Below, in pieces: positions 19,814 to 30,470 of a stretch of 64,000 nt of DNA (its first letter is position 1; every line of letters begins with the position of its first letter). A program made the position numbers and the translations under genes. The stretch is from an uncultured Actinomycetota bacterium (GTDB taxonomy: Bacteria; Actinomycetota; Actinomycetes; JACCUZ01), in contig CAWDZK010000006.1 in assembly GCA_963807005.1 (NCBI GenBank), positions 558,875 to 622,874 on the forward strand, given 5' to 3'. The notes under the pieces are model-generated. The model searched no databases. It saw nothing but the letters and a program-made list of their open reading frames with translations, and had not been told where the DNA came from.

Positions 19814-22443
19814 CGGGAGCCGCGCAGCAGCAGGTCGGCGACCAGGCCGGTCCAGCCGGTCTGGTGCGAGGCGCCCAGGCCCTTCCCGGTGTCCCCGTGG
19901 AAGTACTCGTGGAAGGGCAGGAGATCGTGCCAGGCCGGGTGGTTCTGGAACAGGTGCTCGTCACCGAACACGGGGCGCCGGCAGTCGGCGTCCTCCAGGA
20001 ACAGGCCGACCAGCCGGTCCGAAAGGTCCGCAGCGAGCCGACTGAGGGTGACCTTCTCGCCCGACCCCGTCGGGTGCTCGACCAGCAGGTCGTCGCCGAA
20101 GAAGCGGGCGTAGCGCCGCACCGCCTCGATCACCAGGTAGTTGACCGGGAACCACACCGGTCCGCGCCAGTTGGAGTTCCCGCCGAACAGCCCGGTCGTC
20201 GACTCGCCGGGCTCGTAGTCGACCGTGAACGCGGAGCCGCCCAGGTCGAGGACGAACGGCTCGGCACGGTGCCGACGGGACAGCGCCCGCAGCCCGTGCG
20301 GTGACAGGAACTCCTGTTCCGACAGCATCGTCGACAGGATGCGCACCAGCCGGTCGCCGTCGACGACCGACAGCAGCCGGCCCTCGGCGCCGTCGCGCAG
20401 GTGCGTCTCGCCGACGACGTCCCGGTAGCTCGGCTTGTGGGTCAGGAACCATCGCACCCGGGCGGCGAAGTCCGGCAGACGCTCCAGGGTGGCGGCGCCC
20501 AGCGTCGTGGTCGCGCAGAGCGGGATCAGGCCGACCATGGACCGCACCCGCAGGGGGACGGTCGACCCGTCCGCCAGGCTCAGGACGTCGTAGAAGAAGC
20601 CGTCCTCCTCGTCCCACAGCCCCTTGTCCGACATGGCGCCGGCGATGTAGGCGAAGTGCTCGAAGAACTTCGTCGCGAGGTCCTCGTAGCTCGGGTCGGA
20701 GTCCGCGAGGACCAGCGCCATCTCCAGCAGGTTCAGCGCGTACATCGCCATCCAGGCGGTGCCGTCGCTCTGCTCGAGCCGGGCCGCGACCGGCAGGGGA
20801 GCCGAGCGGTCGATCGGGCCGATGTTGTCCAGGCCGAGAAAGCCGCCCTCGAACACGTTGCTGCCGTCGCTGTCCTTGCGGTTGACCCACCAGGTGAAGT
20901 TCAGCAGCAGCTTGTGGAACACCTTGGCCAGGAAGGCATGGTCACGCGAGCCGTCGATCTCGAAAACACGGAGCGCCGCCCAGGCGTGCACCGGAGGGTT
21001 GACGTCGCCGAAGGCCCACTCGTACGCCGGGATCTGGCCGTTGGGGTGCATGTACCACTCGCGCAGCACCAGCAACAGCTGGGCCTTGGCGAAGCCGGGG
21101 TCCACGTGCGCGATGGGCACGCAGTGGAACGCCAGGTCCCACGCCGCGTACCAGGGGTACTCCCACGGGTCGGGCATCGAGATCACGTCGTGGTTGTTGA
21201 GGTGCCGCCAGCCTGCATTGCGCCCGCGCTCGCGGCCAGGAGGGGGCGGCGGCCCGGCGGGGTCACCGGTGAGCCAGCGCTCGACGTCGTAGTGGAAGAA
21301 CTGCTTTCCCCACATCAGGCCGGCGACTGCCTGCCGGAGGACCAGCGCCTGCTCGCTCGACGTGCCTGCTGGTGCGAGCGCCGCGAAGAACGCGTCGGCC
21401 TCGCCGCGACGGGTCGCCACGATGTCGTCGAAGACCGGCCCGCTGACGTCCCCGGCGTCGTCGACGTCATCGGCACCGGCGAGCAGGCGCAGCCGGAGCT
21501 GGTGCGTCCCCCCGGCCGGGACCGTCACGACATGGTGGACGGCCGCCTTCGTCCCCGTCCGGTCGGGGTTCACCGTGGCCGCGCCGTGCACGACGTGGTC
21601 GTTGATGCCGTCCTTGGGGTACGCCGAGCGGCCTGGGCGGCCGTAGAGCCGCGGGGCGTTCGTCTCGTTGTCGCAGAAGAGCAGCTCCGGTGTCCCGTCG
21701 CTGCTGAGGGTCAGCGCGCCCAGGGAGGGGTGGGTGGCGACGAGGTGGCCGCCCTGCTCGTGGATCGACGGCATCGCCTCCTGGCCGGGCAAGCCCCAGG
21801 CCCAGGTGTTGCGGAACCAGAGGGTCGGCAGGACGTGCAGGGTGGCCTCGTCGGGTCCGTGGTTGGTCACGGTGACCCGCATGAGCAGGTCCTTCGGAGC
21901 TTCCTTCGCGTAGTCCACCTGCACCGCCCAGAAGCGGTCGCCGTCGAAGATCCCGGTGTCGACCAGCTCGTGCTCCGGCTCGTGCGGCCCCCGTCGGGCG
22001 TTCTCGGCGACGAGCTCGGAGTACGGGAACTCGGCCTGCGGGTAGTGGTAGCGCCAGCTCATCCACGAGTGGGTGGGCGTGGAGTCGAGGTACCACCAGT
22101 AGTCCTTGGCGTCCTCGCCGTGGTTGCCCTCGGGACCGGTCAGGCCGAACGCGCGCTCCTTGAGCACCGGGTCGACGCCGTTCCACAGCGCCAGGCCGAG
22201 GCAGAACCGCTGGCCGGTGTCACACACGGCGGCCAGCCCGTCCTCGCTCCAGCGGTAGGCGCGGCTGCGAGCGTGGTCGTGCGGGAAGTACGCCCATGCC
22301 GCGCCGTCCGCGCTGTAGTCCTCCCGGACCGTGCCCCAGGCGCGCTCGGAGACGTACGGCCCCCAGGCGCGCCAGGGTTCGGTCCCGGTGTCGGCCGCCG
22401 CCAGCCGGTCGCGTTCGGGCCCCAGCCCGGATGAGCTCGCCAT
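19810..22443 (-). CDS. GH63-like glucosidase (MGH1/YgjK-type, (alpha/alpha)6 barrel)
   Basis: 877 aa. ...[30 protein letters not shown]...[14 protein letters not shown]...[17 protein letters not shown]... is characteristic of the GH63 / mannosylglycerate-glucosylglycerate hydrolase family. Confidence 0.8.
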   Translation of the reverse strand: MASSSGLGPERDRLAAADTGTEPWRAWGPYVSERAWGTVREDYSADGAAWAYFPHDHARSRAYRWSEDGLAAVCDTGQRFCLGLALWNGVDPVLKERAFGLTGPEGNHGEDAKDYWWYLDSTPTHSWMSWRYHYPQAEFPYSELVAENARRGPHEPEHELVDTGIFDGDRFWAVQVDYAKEAPKDLLMRVTVTNHGPDEATLHVLPTLWFRNTWAWGLPGQEAMPSIHEQGGHLVATHPSLGALTLSSDGTPELLFCDNETNAPRLYGRPGRSAYPKDGINDHVVHGAATVNPDRTGTKAAVHHVVTVPAGGTHQLRLRLLAGADDVDDAGDVSGPVFDDIVATRRGEADAFFAALAPAGTSSEQALVLRQAVAGLMWGKQFFHYDVERWLTGDPAGPPPPPGRERGRNAGWRHLNNHDVISMPDPWEYPWYAAWDLAFHCVPIAHVDPGFAKAQLLLVLREWYMHPNGQIPAYEWAFGDVNPPVHAWAALRVFEIDGSRDHAFLAKVFHKLLLNFTWWVNRKDSDGSNVFEGGFLGLDNIGPIDRSAPLPVAARLEQSDGTAWMAMYALNLLEMALVLADSDPSYEDLATKFFEHFAYIAGAMSDKGLWDEEDGFFYDVLSLADGSTVPLRVRSMVGLIPLCATTTLGAATLERLPDFAARVRWFLTHKPSYRDVVGETHLRDGAEGRLLSVVDGDRLVRILSTMLSEQEFLSPHGLRALSRRHRAEPFVLDLGGSAFTVDYEPGESTTGLFGGNSNWRGPVWFPVNYLVIEAVRRYARFFGDDLLVEHPTGSGEKVTLSRLAADLSDRLVGLFLEDADCRRPVFGDEHLFQNHPAWHDLLPFHEYFHGDTGKGLGASHQTGWTGLVADLLLRGSR

Positions 22444-22531
22444 GGCCCTGCAGTCCCTCCCCGCCCGACCGCGTTACGCACCCCGTCGATCAGCCGACGA
22501 AACGAGGTGGGCACCCGGTAGACCTAGGAGC

Positions 22532-23206
22532 ATGACCGAACCCGTCAGTGCCGAGACCCTGACCGCGACCCGGCTGTCCCTCCACAGCGTCGCCGAGCAC
22601 CTCCTCGCGGCGACGCGCAAGCGCGCGACCGGGCAGATCACCCTGCAGCCCGGACCGGGGGGCTTCCGGACGCCACCGCTGCCGGACGGCAGCGCACTGG
22701 GGGTGGTCGGGGCCGACCTGGTCGTGTCCGGTGCGGCCGGCGAGCGTCGGCACCGGCTCACGACGCTGGCCGAGGCGGCCGCGTTCGCCGGAGTGGAGGC
22801 CGGCTTCCCGTGGACGAAACACCCGCCCAGCACGGCGTTCGAGCCGGACGCGCCGCTTGCCATCGACGACCGGGCCGCCGCCGCGCTCGCCGACTGGTTC
22901 GCGCTCGGCCAGCAGGTGCTCGAAGAGCTGGCCGCGGAGCTGAAGGCGGAGCAGCCGAGCGAGCCGCAGATCTTCCCGGAGCACTTCGACCTCGGCCTCA
23001 CGGCAGGCGCGGTGAACTACGGCTTCTCGCCCGGCGATGCGGCGATCCCCTCGCCGTACGTCTACCTCGGCCCGCACGTCCTGCCGCCCCCGGCCGACCC
23101 GTTCTGGAACGCGTCGTTCGGCGCGTACCGCACCCGGGACCAGGTCGGCGACGCCCAGCAGGCACTGGACTTCCTGCGCGCCGGCCACGCCGCGCTCCTC
23201 CGGTAG
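22532..23206 (+). CDS. Hypothetical protein
   Basis: ATG 22532 in frame with ORF 22331..23206. No recognised family (MTEPVSAETLTATRLSLHSVAEHLLAATRKRATGQITLQPGPGGFRTPPLP...). Confidence 0.45.
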   Translation: MTEPVSAETLTATRLSLHSVAEHLLAATRKRATGQITLQPGPGGFRTPPLPDGSALGVVGADLVVSGAAGERRHRLTTLAEAAAFAGVEAGFPWTKHPPSTAFEPDAPLAIDDRAAAALADWFALGQQVLEELAAELKAEQPSEPQIFPEHFDLGLTAGAVNYGFSPGDAAIPSPYVYLGPHVLPPPADPFWNASFGAYRTRDQVGDAQQALDFLRAGHAALLR

Positions 23207-23280
23207 GCGCGGGGCCCGACCTGTAACGCCGGGTACGCGCGGGTGACTGTGCTGCCATCCGCGAGGCGAGGAGACAGGTC

Positions 23281-24102
23281 ATGAAGGGTCTGGCAGGAAA
23301 GGTCGCCCTGGTCACCGGCGGCAGCTCCGGGATCGGGCAGGCGATCGCGATCCGGCTCGGCGAGGAGGGCGTCGACGTGGCGATCAACTACGTCGGACGG
23401 CCGGAGGGCGCCGAGGAGACCAAGGACGCCATCGAGCACGGCGTGGACATCTGCATGAAGCAGATGGCCGCGGCCGGCACGCACCCGACCCTCGTCGCGG
23501 CCGACGTCTCGCGCGAGGACGAGGTCCAGGAGATGTACCGCCAGGTGGTGGAGCAGTACGGCCGGCTGGACATCCTCATCAACAACGCCGGCATCCAGGT
23601 CGCCGAGGACACCGACAAGCTCACGGCAGCCGACTTCGACAAGGTGCTCGCGGTCAACCTGCGCGGCGCGTTCCTGTGCGCGCAGGGCGCGATCCGGCAG
23701 TTCCTCGACTCGGGCGAGGGTGGCTCGATCGTCAACGTCTCCAGCGTGCACCAGGTGATCCCCAAGCCGCGCTTCCTCGGCTACTCGGTCTCCAAGGGCG
23801 GCATGCAGAACCTCACCCACACGCTGGCGCTGGAGTACGCCGCCCGTGGCATCCGGGTCAACGGCATCGGCCCGGGGGCGACGGTGACCCCGATCAACCG
23901 GTCCTGGATCGACGACCCGGTCAAGCGCCAGGCGGTCGAGAGCCACATCCCGATGCGGCGGGCAGGCGACGCCGAGGAGATGGCGGCCGCGACCGCGTTC
24001 CTCGTCTCGGACGACGCCGCCTACATCACCGGCCAGACGCTGTTCGTGGACGGCGGGCTGACGCTCTACCCGTCGTTCGAGACGACGTGGTCCAGTGAGT
24101 GA
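23281..24102 (+). CDS. SDR-family oxidoreductase (glucose 1-dehydrogenase-like)
   Basis: RBS GAGGAGA. GKVALVTGGSSGIGQAIA...NNAGI...SVHQVIPKPRFLGYSVSKGG (catalytic YxxxK). Confidence 0.9.
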   Translation: MKGLAGKVALVTGGSSGIGQAIAIRLGEEGVDVAINYVGRPEGAEETKDAIEHGVDICMKQMAAAGTHPTLVAADVSREDEVQEMYRQVVEQYGRLDILINNAGIQVAEDTDKLTAADFDKVLAVNLRGAFLCAQGAIRQFLDSGEGGSIVNVSSVHQVIPKPRFLGYSVSKGGMQNLTHTLALEYAARGIRVNGIGPGATVTPINRSWIDDPVKRQAVESHIPMRRAGDAEEMAAATAFLVSDDAAYITGQTLFVDGGLTLYPSFETTWSSE

Positions 24103-25054
24103 CGACGTGATCGGCAGGTCCACCTCGGTCAGCGTCCGCAGCGTCCCCGAGGCCCGCACCTCCTGGTGGCCCTCGCGCTACGGCCCGGACGACCAGGCAG
24201 GAGCCCTCAACGAGATCGGACCGGCGAAGGTCCTGGAGGCGGTCCGGCTGGTCCGGCAGGGCCGGGTCTACGACCTGGCACACGTGCTGCACGCCGACAT
24301 CCCCGCCTTCCCGGGCCGCACGTTCCGGCAGTACCTCACCACCAACGCGCACTACGTCAACCGCCGTCGAGGCGACGCCGGAGCAGAGGGATGGGGCCGC
24401 AACGACGTCAACTGGGTGGTCGAGCAGGTCACCGCCACCCAGCAGATGGGTACCCACATGGACGGGCTCAACCATCTCCAGGTGGGCGAGCGCACCTACA
24501 ACGGGCACCGGATCTCCGACATCGCGGAGGAGTGGGGCACCAACCGTCTCGGCATCGACACGTTGCCTCAGGTGGTGACCCGCGGCCTCCTGGTCGACGT
24601 GGCCGCGGGTCGCGGGGTCGAGCGCCTCGAGCCGGGGGACGTCGTGACCCCGGCTGACGTCGAGCAGTCGCTGGCCGAGGGCGGCCTGCGAGTGCGGGCC
24701 GGCGACGCCGTCCTGCTGCACACCGGCTGGGGCTCGCTGTGGGGCTCGGACAACGAGCGGTACGCCGCCGGGGAGCCCGGGCCCGGTCGCGCGCTGGCCG
24801 AGTGGCTGGTGGACCACCGCGTCTCCCTCACCGGCTGCGACACCTGGAGCTACGGGCCCGTGCCGGCGGAGGACCCGGCTGAGCCCTTCGTGGTGCCCCA
24901 GACCCTCAACACCCACCACGGCGTCGTCGTGGTGGAGAACCTCCGGCTGGCCGAGGTCGCCCGCGCCGGACTGCGCGAGTTCCTGCTCGTCATCTCGCAC
25001 GCCAAGCTCCGCGGCGCCACCGGCGCGTGGATCGCCCCGCTCGCCATCGTCTGA
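24095..25054 (+). CDS. Cyclase-family protein (kynurenine formamidase-like metal hydrolase)
   Basis: GTG start overlapping the upstream stop. ...QMGTHMDGLNHLQVGERTYNGHR..., typical of the putative cyclase family. Confidence 0.75.
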   Translation: MSDDVIGRSTSVSVRSVPEARTSWWPSRYGPDDQAGALNEIGPAKVLEAVRLVRQGRVYDLAHVLHADIPAFPGRTFRQYLTTNAHYVNRRRGDAGAEGWGRNDVNWVVEQVTATQQMGTHMDGLNHLQVGERTYNGHRISDIAEEWGTNRLGIDTLPQVVTRGLLVDVAAGRGVERLEPGDVVTPADVEQSLAEGGLRVRAGDAVLLHTGWGSLWGSDNERYAAGEPGPGRALAEWLVDHRVSLTGCDTWSYGPVPAEDPAEPFVVPQTLNTHHGVVVVENLRLAEVARAGLREFLLVISHAKLRGATGAWIAPLAIV

Positions 25055-25074
25055 CCGGCCGGAGGAGAACCGTC

Positions 25075-26712
25075 ATGAGCGACCACTACGACGTCATCGT
25101 CATCGGCTCAGGCGCTGGAGGTGGCACCCTGACCCACGCCCTGGCACCGACCGGCAAGCGGGTGCTCCTGCTCGAACGCGGCGACTTCATGCCGCGAGAG
25201 GTCGAGAACTGGGACTCCAAGGCGGTCTGGCTGGACAAGCGCTACAGCAATGCGGGCAAGTGGACCGACGCGGCCACCGGCAAGACCTTCACCCCCAAGC
25301 AGCACTACTACGTCGGGGGCAACACCAAGGTCTACGGCGCCATCCTGTTCCGGTTCCGGGAGCAGGACTTCGACGCGATCCAGCACGTCGACGGGATCTC
25401 ACCCGCCTGGCCGGTCTCCTACGGCGACCTCGAGCCGTGGTACACCCGCGCAGAGCGGCTCTACCAGGTGCACGGTGAACGCGGCGCCGACCCGACCGAG
25501 CCGCCGAGCGACGAGCCGTACCCGTTCCCGGCGATCAGCCACGAGCCCCGCATCGCGCAGCTAGCCGCAGACCTGCGGGGAGCCGGGCTGAACCCGTTCC
25601 CGCTGCCCAACGGGATCCTGATGGACGAAGCGGCGCCGTGGCGCTCGGCCTGCATCAGGTGCGCCACCTGTGACGGCTACGCCTGCCCGACGAACGGCAA
25701 GGCCGATGCCGCGGTCATCGCGGTCGACCCGGCGCTGCGCTACCCGAACGTGACGCTGCTGACGAACGCACTGGTCACCCGGCTGGAGACCGACGCCTCG
25801 GGGCGGACCGTCACCGAGGTCGTGGTGGAGCGCGCGGGCTCGGTGGAGCGCTACTCGGCCGACGTCGTCGTGGTCGCGGCCGGCGCGATCAACTCGGCGG
25901 CGCTGCTCCTGCGCTCGGCCGGCGACCGGCACCGCGACGGGCTGGGAAACGGGTCAGGTCAGCTGGGCCGCAACCTCATGCTGCACAACAACTCGTCGTT
26001 GATCGCGTTCTCGACGGCGCCCAACCCGACGAAGTTCCAGAAGACGTTGGGCATCAACGACTACTACCACGCCGATCCCTCCAGCGACTTCCCGTTCCCG
26101 CTCGGGGCGATGCAGATGCTGGGGAAGAGCGACGCCACCCTGATCGGGTTCGACGTCAAGGACCACCCGGACCCGGCCGAGGTGGCCCGGCACGCCCTCG
26201 ACTTCTGGCTGACCACCGAGGACCTGCCGCTGCCCGGAAACCGCGTCACCGTCGACGGCGACGGAGCGATCAGCCTGCGCTACACGCCGACCAACCTGGA
26301 GGCGCACCGGCGGCTGAGAGCGCGGTTCGAGAGCCTCCTCTCGGCGATGCAGTGCCGGGACGAGGTGTACGAGAACCTGTCCTACGTCGGTGGCCGGCTC
26401 GGGATCGCCGGCGTCGCCCACCAGAACGGCACCGCCCGCTTCGGCACCGACCCCGCGACGTCCGTGCTCGACCTCGACTGCAAGCTGCACGAGGTGGACA
26501 ACGTCTACGTCGCCGACTCGAGCTTCTTCGTCTCGAGCACGGCGGTGAACCCGACCCTCACCATCATCGCCAACGCGCTGCGGGTGGCGGAGAACGTGGC
26601 GAACCGGCTCGGCGCCAGCACCCTCGCCGAGCCGGTCGCCCGACCGGTGATCCCGACCCAGGGCCCGACGCTCCTCCTGACCCCCTCTCCGGCGGGATCG
26701 AGCAGTCGATGA
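25075..26712 (+). CDS. GMC-family FAD-dependent oxidoreductase
   Basis: RBS GGAGGAGA. YDVIVIGSGAGGGTLTHALAPTGKRVLLLERG (FAD ADP-binding) ... C-terminal GTARFGTDPATSVLDLDCKLHEVDNVYVADSSFFVSSTAVNPTLTIIANALR, the GMC oxidoreductase C-terminal signature. Confidence 0.85.
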   Translation: MSDHYDVIVIGSGAGGGTLTHALAPTGKRVLLLERGDFMPREVENWDSKAVWLDKRYSNAGKWTDAATGKTFTPKQHYYVGGNTKVYGAILFRFREQDFDAIQHVDGISPAWPVSYGDLEPWYTRAERLYQVHGERGADPTEPPSDEPYPFPAISHEPRIAQLAADLRGAGLNPFPLPNGILMDEAAPWRSACIRCATCDGYACPTNGKADAAVIAVDPALRYPNVTLLTNALVTRLETDASGRTVTEVVVERAGSVERYSADVVVVAAGAINSAALLLRSAGDRHRDGLGNGSGQLGRNLMLHNNSSLIAFSTAPNPTKFQKTLGINDYYHADPSSDFPFPLGAMQMLGKSDATLIGFDVKDHPDPAEVARHALDFWLTTEDLPLPGNRVTVDGDGAISLRYTPTNLEAHRRLRARFESLLSAMQCRDEVYENLSYVGGRLGIAGVAHQNGTARFGTDPATSVLDLDCKLHEVDNVYVADSSFFVSSTAVNPTLTIIANALRVAENVANRLGASTLAEPVARPVIPTQGPTLLLTPSPAGSSSR

Positions 26713-27713
26713 CGGCCGCGACGCTCCCGGGCGGAGCTCCCGTGACGACGCCCGGCTTCACCGCGTACGACCGGTCGTTCATCGCTGTCACCGGTCGTTC
26801 GCCTCTGCTGACCAAGGTGCTCGACGCCGACGCGCACGAGGGCCCGGTCTACGCGGCGGACACCGACACGCTGTACTTCACCAGCCTGCCGCGCGTGCGA
26901 CGGGAGGCGGGCCTGGAGGTGCCGCTCGTCGACATCCGCCGGATCGTGCTGGACGGCTATCGGTTCCCGCTCGAGCGTGAGCGGGTGTCGGTCGTCCGGC
27001 CGCAGGCCAACGCGGCGAACGGGATGACCGCCGCCCCGGACGGCGGCCTGATCGTGTGCGAGCAGGGGAGCTGGTTCCAGCCGGCCAGGTTGAGCCGGGT
27101 CGACCCGGTCACCGGCGTGGCCGACGGTCTGGTGGACCGGCGCGGCGGCGTCCGGCTGGCATCACCGAACGACGTCGTGGTCCGGCACGACGGGACGATC
27201 TGGTTCACCGACCCGTCGTACGGCTTCCTCCAGGGCTTCCGGCCCCGGCCCGAGTGCGCCGACCTGCTCTACCGCTGGGACCCCGTCGCCGGGTCGCTGA
27301 CCGTCGTCGACGACTCGTTCGACAAGCCGAACGGCGTGGCCTTCTCGCCGGACGGCTCCATCCTCTACGTCACCGACAGCGGTGCCGACCACGGTCCGGG
27401 CAGCTTCGACGCCCGACGCCCGCACCGGGTGGTGGCGCTGGACCTCGACGACGCCGGCACGGTCCGGGGGAGACGCGTGCTTGCCGACATCAGCCCCGGG
27501 GCTCCCGACGGCGTCACCACCGACGTGACGGGACGGGTGTACGTGTCCTCCACCTCCGGCGTCCAGGTCTTCACCCCGGACGGCCACCTCGTCGGCCAAA
27601 TCGATGTGCCCGGTGCCGTGAACTTCACGTTCGGCGGACCGGAGCACGACGTCCTGTACATCACCGCAGACACCGCCGTCTGGGCGGCCGTGCTCGATAC
27701 GAGAGGAGCGTGA
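26709..27713 (+). CDS. SMP-30/gluconolactonase/LRE-family protein
   Basis: ATGA overlap with GMC stop. ...EGPVYAADTDTLYFTSLP...PNDVVVRHDGTIWFTDPSYG...PNGVAFSPDGSILYVTD...VLYITA. Confidence 0.8.
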   Translation: MTAATLPGGAPVTTPGFTAYDRSFIAVTGRSPLLTKVLDADAHEGPVYAADTDTLYFTSLPRVRREAGLEVPLVDIRRIVLDGYRFPLERERVSVVRPQANAANGMTAAPDGGLIVCEQGSWFQPARLSRVDPVTGVADGLVDRRGGVRLASPNDVVVRHDGTIWFTDPSYGFLQGFRPRPECADLLYRWDPVAGSLTVVDDSFDKPNGVAFSPDGSILYVTDSGADHGPGSFDARRPHRVVALDLDDAGTVRGRRVLADISPGAPDGVTTDVTGRVYVSSTSGVQVFTPDGHLVGQIDVPGAVNFTFGGPEHDVLYITADTAVWAAVLDTRGA

Positions 27714-27718
27714 CCGCC

Positions 27719-28858
27719 ATGCCCGCGGTCCGAACCCGCAGGATCCTCGACGCTGCCGGCGTCGATGCCGTCCTCGCTGCCGCCGAGCAGCACGCCCTGG
27801 CCGAGAAGTACCGGGTCGTGATCGCGGTGGTCGACGCGTCCGGCCGGCTGCTCGGGCTCAGGCGCACCGAGGACGCCCAGCTCGCGAGCGACCAGGTCGC
27901 CATCGACAAGGCCCGGACCGCCGCGATCTTCGTGCGCCCGAGTCGCGAGATCGAGGAGCAGGTCAACGGCGGCCGGCTCGGCGGGCTGGCCCTGCACGGG
28001 GCACGAGCCCTGATCGGTGGCATCCCGCTCGTCGTCGACGGCGAGGTCGTCGGCGCCGTAGGGGCCAGCGGCGAGACGACCGGCGAGGACGAGTCGGTCT
28101 CGCTCGCCGGTGCGGCGGCCTCGTTCAGCACCCGGGACGTGCCCGCGCTGTCGCAGTCGGCTGCCCGGGCGGCTGCCGAGGCTGCGGCCGCGGTCGCGGT
28201 GGCCAGAGGAGTTGCTCCCGTGGTCGCGGTCGTCGACGCCGGGGGGGACCTGGTGCACCTGTGGCGCCCGGACGCGGCGCAGGTCGCCAGCGTCGGGGTC
28301 GCCACGGACAAGGCGCGCACGGCGGCGTTGTTCCGGCGGCCGAGCAAGGACTTCGAGGACCAGGCCTCCGGGGGGCGGCCGGCTGCCCTGCACCTGGCCG
28401 GAGCGGTCCCGTTGCAGGGCGGGATGCCGATCACTGTCGAAGGCCACGTCGTCGGCGCGGTCGGGGTCAGCGGGGCGTCCTCCGCCGACGAGGACCAGGA
28501 GATCTCGGTGGTCGGGCAGCTGGCCGGCGAAGCCGCGGCGGGCGGGACCGTCGCCCAGGAGGCGGCCTTCTTCCCCCGGCAGGTGGTGCGGGAGAAGTTC
28601 GAGACCGGTGGCCTGCTCGTCGACACCAGCGGCTACAAGGTCGACGCCGGCCGGCGCACCCGCCCCGGAGAGGTCGAGCTGCACGACGACGTCGTCGACA
28701 TCATGCACGTCGTGGAGGGCGAGGCGACGGTGGTCGCGGGCTCGGCCACCCACCAGCTCGGTGAGGGTGACGTGCTGGTCATCCCCAACGGCGTACCGCA
28801 CCAGTTCGTCGACGTGACCGAGCCGTTCCTCTACTTCGTGGCCAAGGTCGAGGCGTGA
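27719..28858 (+). CDS. Fusion protein: two tandem GlcG/DUF336 (heme-binding-like) domains plus C-terminal cupin domain
   Basis: Two repeats of the DUF336 pattern (VIAVVDASGRLLGLRRTEDAQLASDQVAIDKARTAAIF... and VVAVVDAGGDLVHLWRPDAAQVASVGVATDKARTAALF...). Tail GEATVVAGSATHQLGEGDVLVIPNGVPHQF is cupin-like. Confidence 0.7.
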   Translation: MPAVRTRRILDAAGVDAVLAAAEQHALAEKYRVVIAVVDASGRLLGLRRTEDAQLASDQVAIDKARTAAIFVRPSREIEEQVNGGRLGGLALHGARALIGGIPLVVDGEVVGAVGASGETTGEDESVSLAGAAASFSTRDVPALSQSAARAAAEAAAAVAVARGVAPVVAVVDAGGDLVHLWRPDAAQVASVGVATDKARTAALFRRPSKDFEDQASGGRPAALHLAGAVPLQGGMPITVEGHVVGAVGVSGASSADEDQEISVVGQLAGEAAAGGTVAQEAAFFPRQVVREKFETGGLLVDTSGYKVDAGRRTRPGEVELHDDVVDIMHVVEGEATVVAGSATHQLGEGDVLVIPNGVPHQFVDVTEPFLYFVAKVEA

Positions 28859-28859
28859 G

Positions 28860-30470
28860 GTGATGGGGATGGCCACCGTGCACGCTCTGACCGCGAACCT
28901 CCCCCGCCCGCCCCAGCTGCTGCCCGGTCGACCCGACGCCGTCGTCGACCTGCAGACCGACGAGGGGGCCGCGCTCGTCGGTGCGGTCTGGCGGTACGGC
29001 GACGCCCGGGTCGAGGAGGTCGACTTCGTCGAGGTCGGCTCGGTCGCGGACCCGCTCGGCCCGGGCGACGTCCCCAACCGCACGTACGAGGTCCTGCCGC
29101 AGGCCGGGGCCGCCGAGTTCGACGACTCGTCCTGGCCGGTGCTGAGCCCGGCCGACACGATGCGCCGGCTGAGCACCGGCAAGGTCTGCTTCAGCTGGTA
29201 CCGCACCGAGGTCACCGTCCCCGAGCGGGTCGGGGACCTCGACCCGACCGGGGCGACGGTCGTCTTCGAGGTGGTGGTCGACGACTACGCGGAGGTCTGG
29301 GTCGACGGCCGGCTGCCGGCTGCGCTGGGCGACGCCGGCGGTCAGGTCGTCAGCGGGTTCAACGCCCCGAACCGCGTCGTCCTCACCAGCGACGCCCGAC
29401 CGGGTCAGTCGTTCAGCGTCGCCGTGCTCGGCATCAACGGGCCGATCTCGGCTGCACCGCGGAACTACATCTGGCTGCGCAACGCCACCCTCGACTTCTT
29501 CGCGCCGGAGAGCGCGGTCGCGATGATGGAGGCGCCGTACGAGGTCAGTCGGGTCGATGCGGAGATCGACGCCCTGCTGCCGCCCGGGACTCCGCTGCAC
29601 CGGGTGGCCGGAGGCTTCGAGTTCACCGAGGGCCCGGTCTGGGCACCTGATGGCACGCTGCTGTTCAGCTCGCCGAACACCAACCAGGTCTACCGGCTGG
29701 CGGGCGGCCGGCTGACGGTGTTCCGGTCGCACAGCGGGTACACCGGTGTCGACATCGGCCGCTACCACCAGCCCGGTTCGAACGGTCTGACCTTCGACCC
29801 GCAGGGCCGGCTCACGCTGTGCCAGCACGGCAACCGCCGGGTCATCCGCGTGGAGCCGCACGGGAACGTGTCGGTGCTGGCCGACCGCTTCGACGGCAAG
29901 CGGCTGAACAGCCCGAACGACCTCGTCTACCGCTCCGACGGCGTCCTGTACTTCACCGACCCGCCGTTCGGGCTCCCGGAGCTCTTCGACGACCCCAAGA
30001 AGGAGCTCGCGGTCAGCGGCGTGTTCCGGGTGCGGGACGGCGAGATCTCCCTGGTCGACGACTCGCTCGCCGGGCCGAACGGCCTCGCGTTCTCGCCGGA
30101 CGAGAGGTACCTGTACGTCGGCAACTGGGACCCGGACCAGAAGGTGGTCATGCGCTACGACGTCGCGCCTGACGGCAGTACCTCCACGGGGACGGTGTTC
30201 TTCGACATGACCCCGGCCGAGGGCGTGGACGCGATCGACGGGATCAAGGTCGACGTGGCGGGCAACCTCTGGGTCTGCGGTCCCGGCGGCGTGTGGGTCC
30301 TCTCGCCCGACGGCCGACACCTGGCCACGATCCGGCTGCCCGAGGACCCGCACAACCTCGCCTGGGGCGACGACGACGGCCGCGGGCTCTACATCACGGC
30401 GCTGACCAGCGTCTACCGGCTGCGGACCGCCGTCGTCGGCATCCGCCCCCACCTGGAGGAGATCTCATGA
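28860..30470 (+). CDS. Two-domain protein: N-terminal beta-sandwich-like domain plus C-terminal SMP-30/gluconolactonase/LRE-like beta-propeller
   Basis: C-terminal half FEFTEGPVWAPDGTLLFSSPNTNQVYRL...SPNDLVYRSDGVLYFTDPPFG...PNGLAFSPDERYLYVGN...GLYITA. Start could be GTG 28860 or ATG 28863/28869. Confidence 0.65.
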   Translation: MMGMATVHALTANLPRPPQLLPGRPDAVVDLQTDEGAALVGAVWRYGDARVEEVDFVEVGSVADPLGPGDVPNRTYEVLPQAGAAEFDDSSWPVLSPADTMRRLSTGKVCFSWYRTEVTVPERVGDLDPTGATVVFEVVVDDYAEVWVDGRLPAALGDAGGQVVSGFNAPNRVVLTSDARPGQSFSVAVLGINGPISAAPRNYIWLRNATLDFFAPESAVAMMEAPYEVSRVDAEIDALLPPGTPLHRVAGGFEFTEGPVWAPDGTLLFSSPNTNQVYRLAGGRLTVFRSHSGYTGVDIGRYHQPGSNGLTFDPQGRLTLCQHGNRRVIRVEPHGNVSVLADRFDGKRLNSPNDLVYRSDGVLYFTDPPFGLPELFDDPKKELAVSGVFRVRDGEISLVDDSLAGPNGLAFSPDERYLYVGNWDPDQKVVMRYDVAPDGSTSTGTVFFDMTPAEGVDAIDGIKVDVAGNLWVCGPGGVWVLSPDGRHLATIRLPEDPHNLAWGDDDGRGLYITALTSVYRLRTAVVGIRPHLEEIS

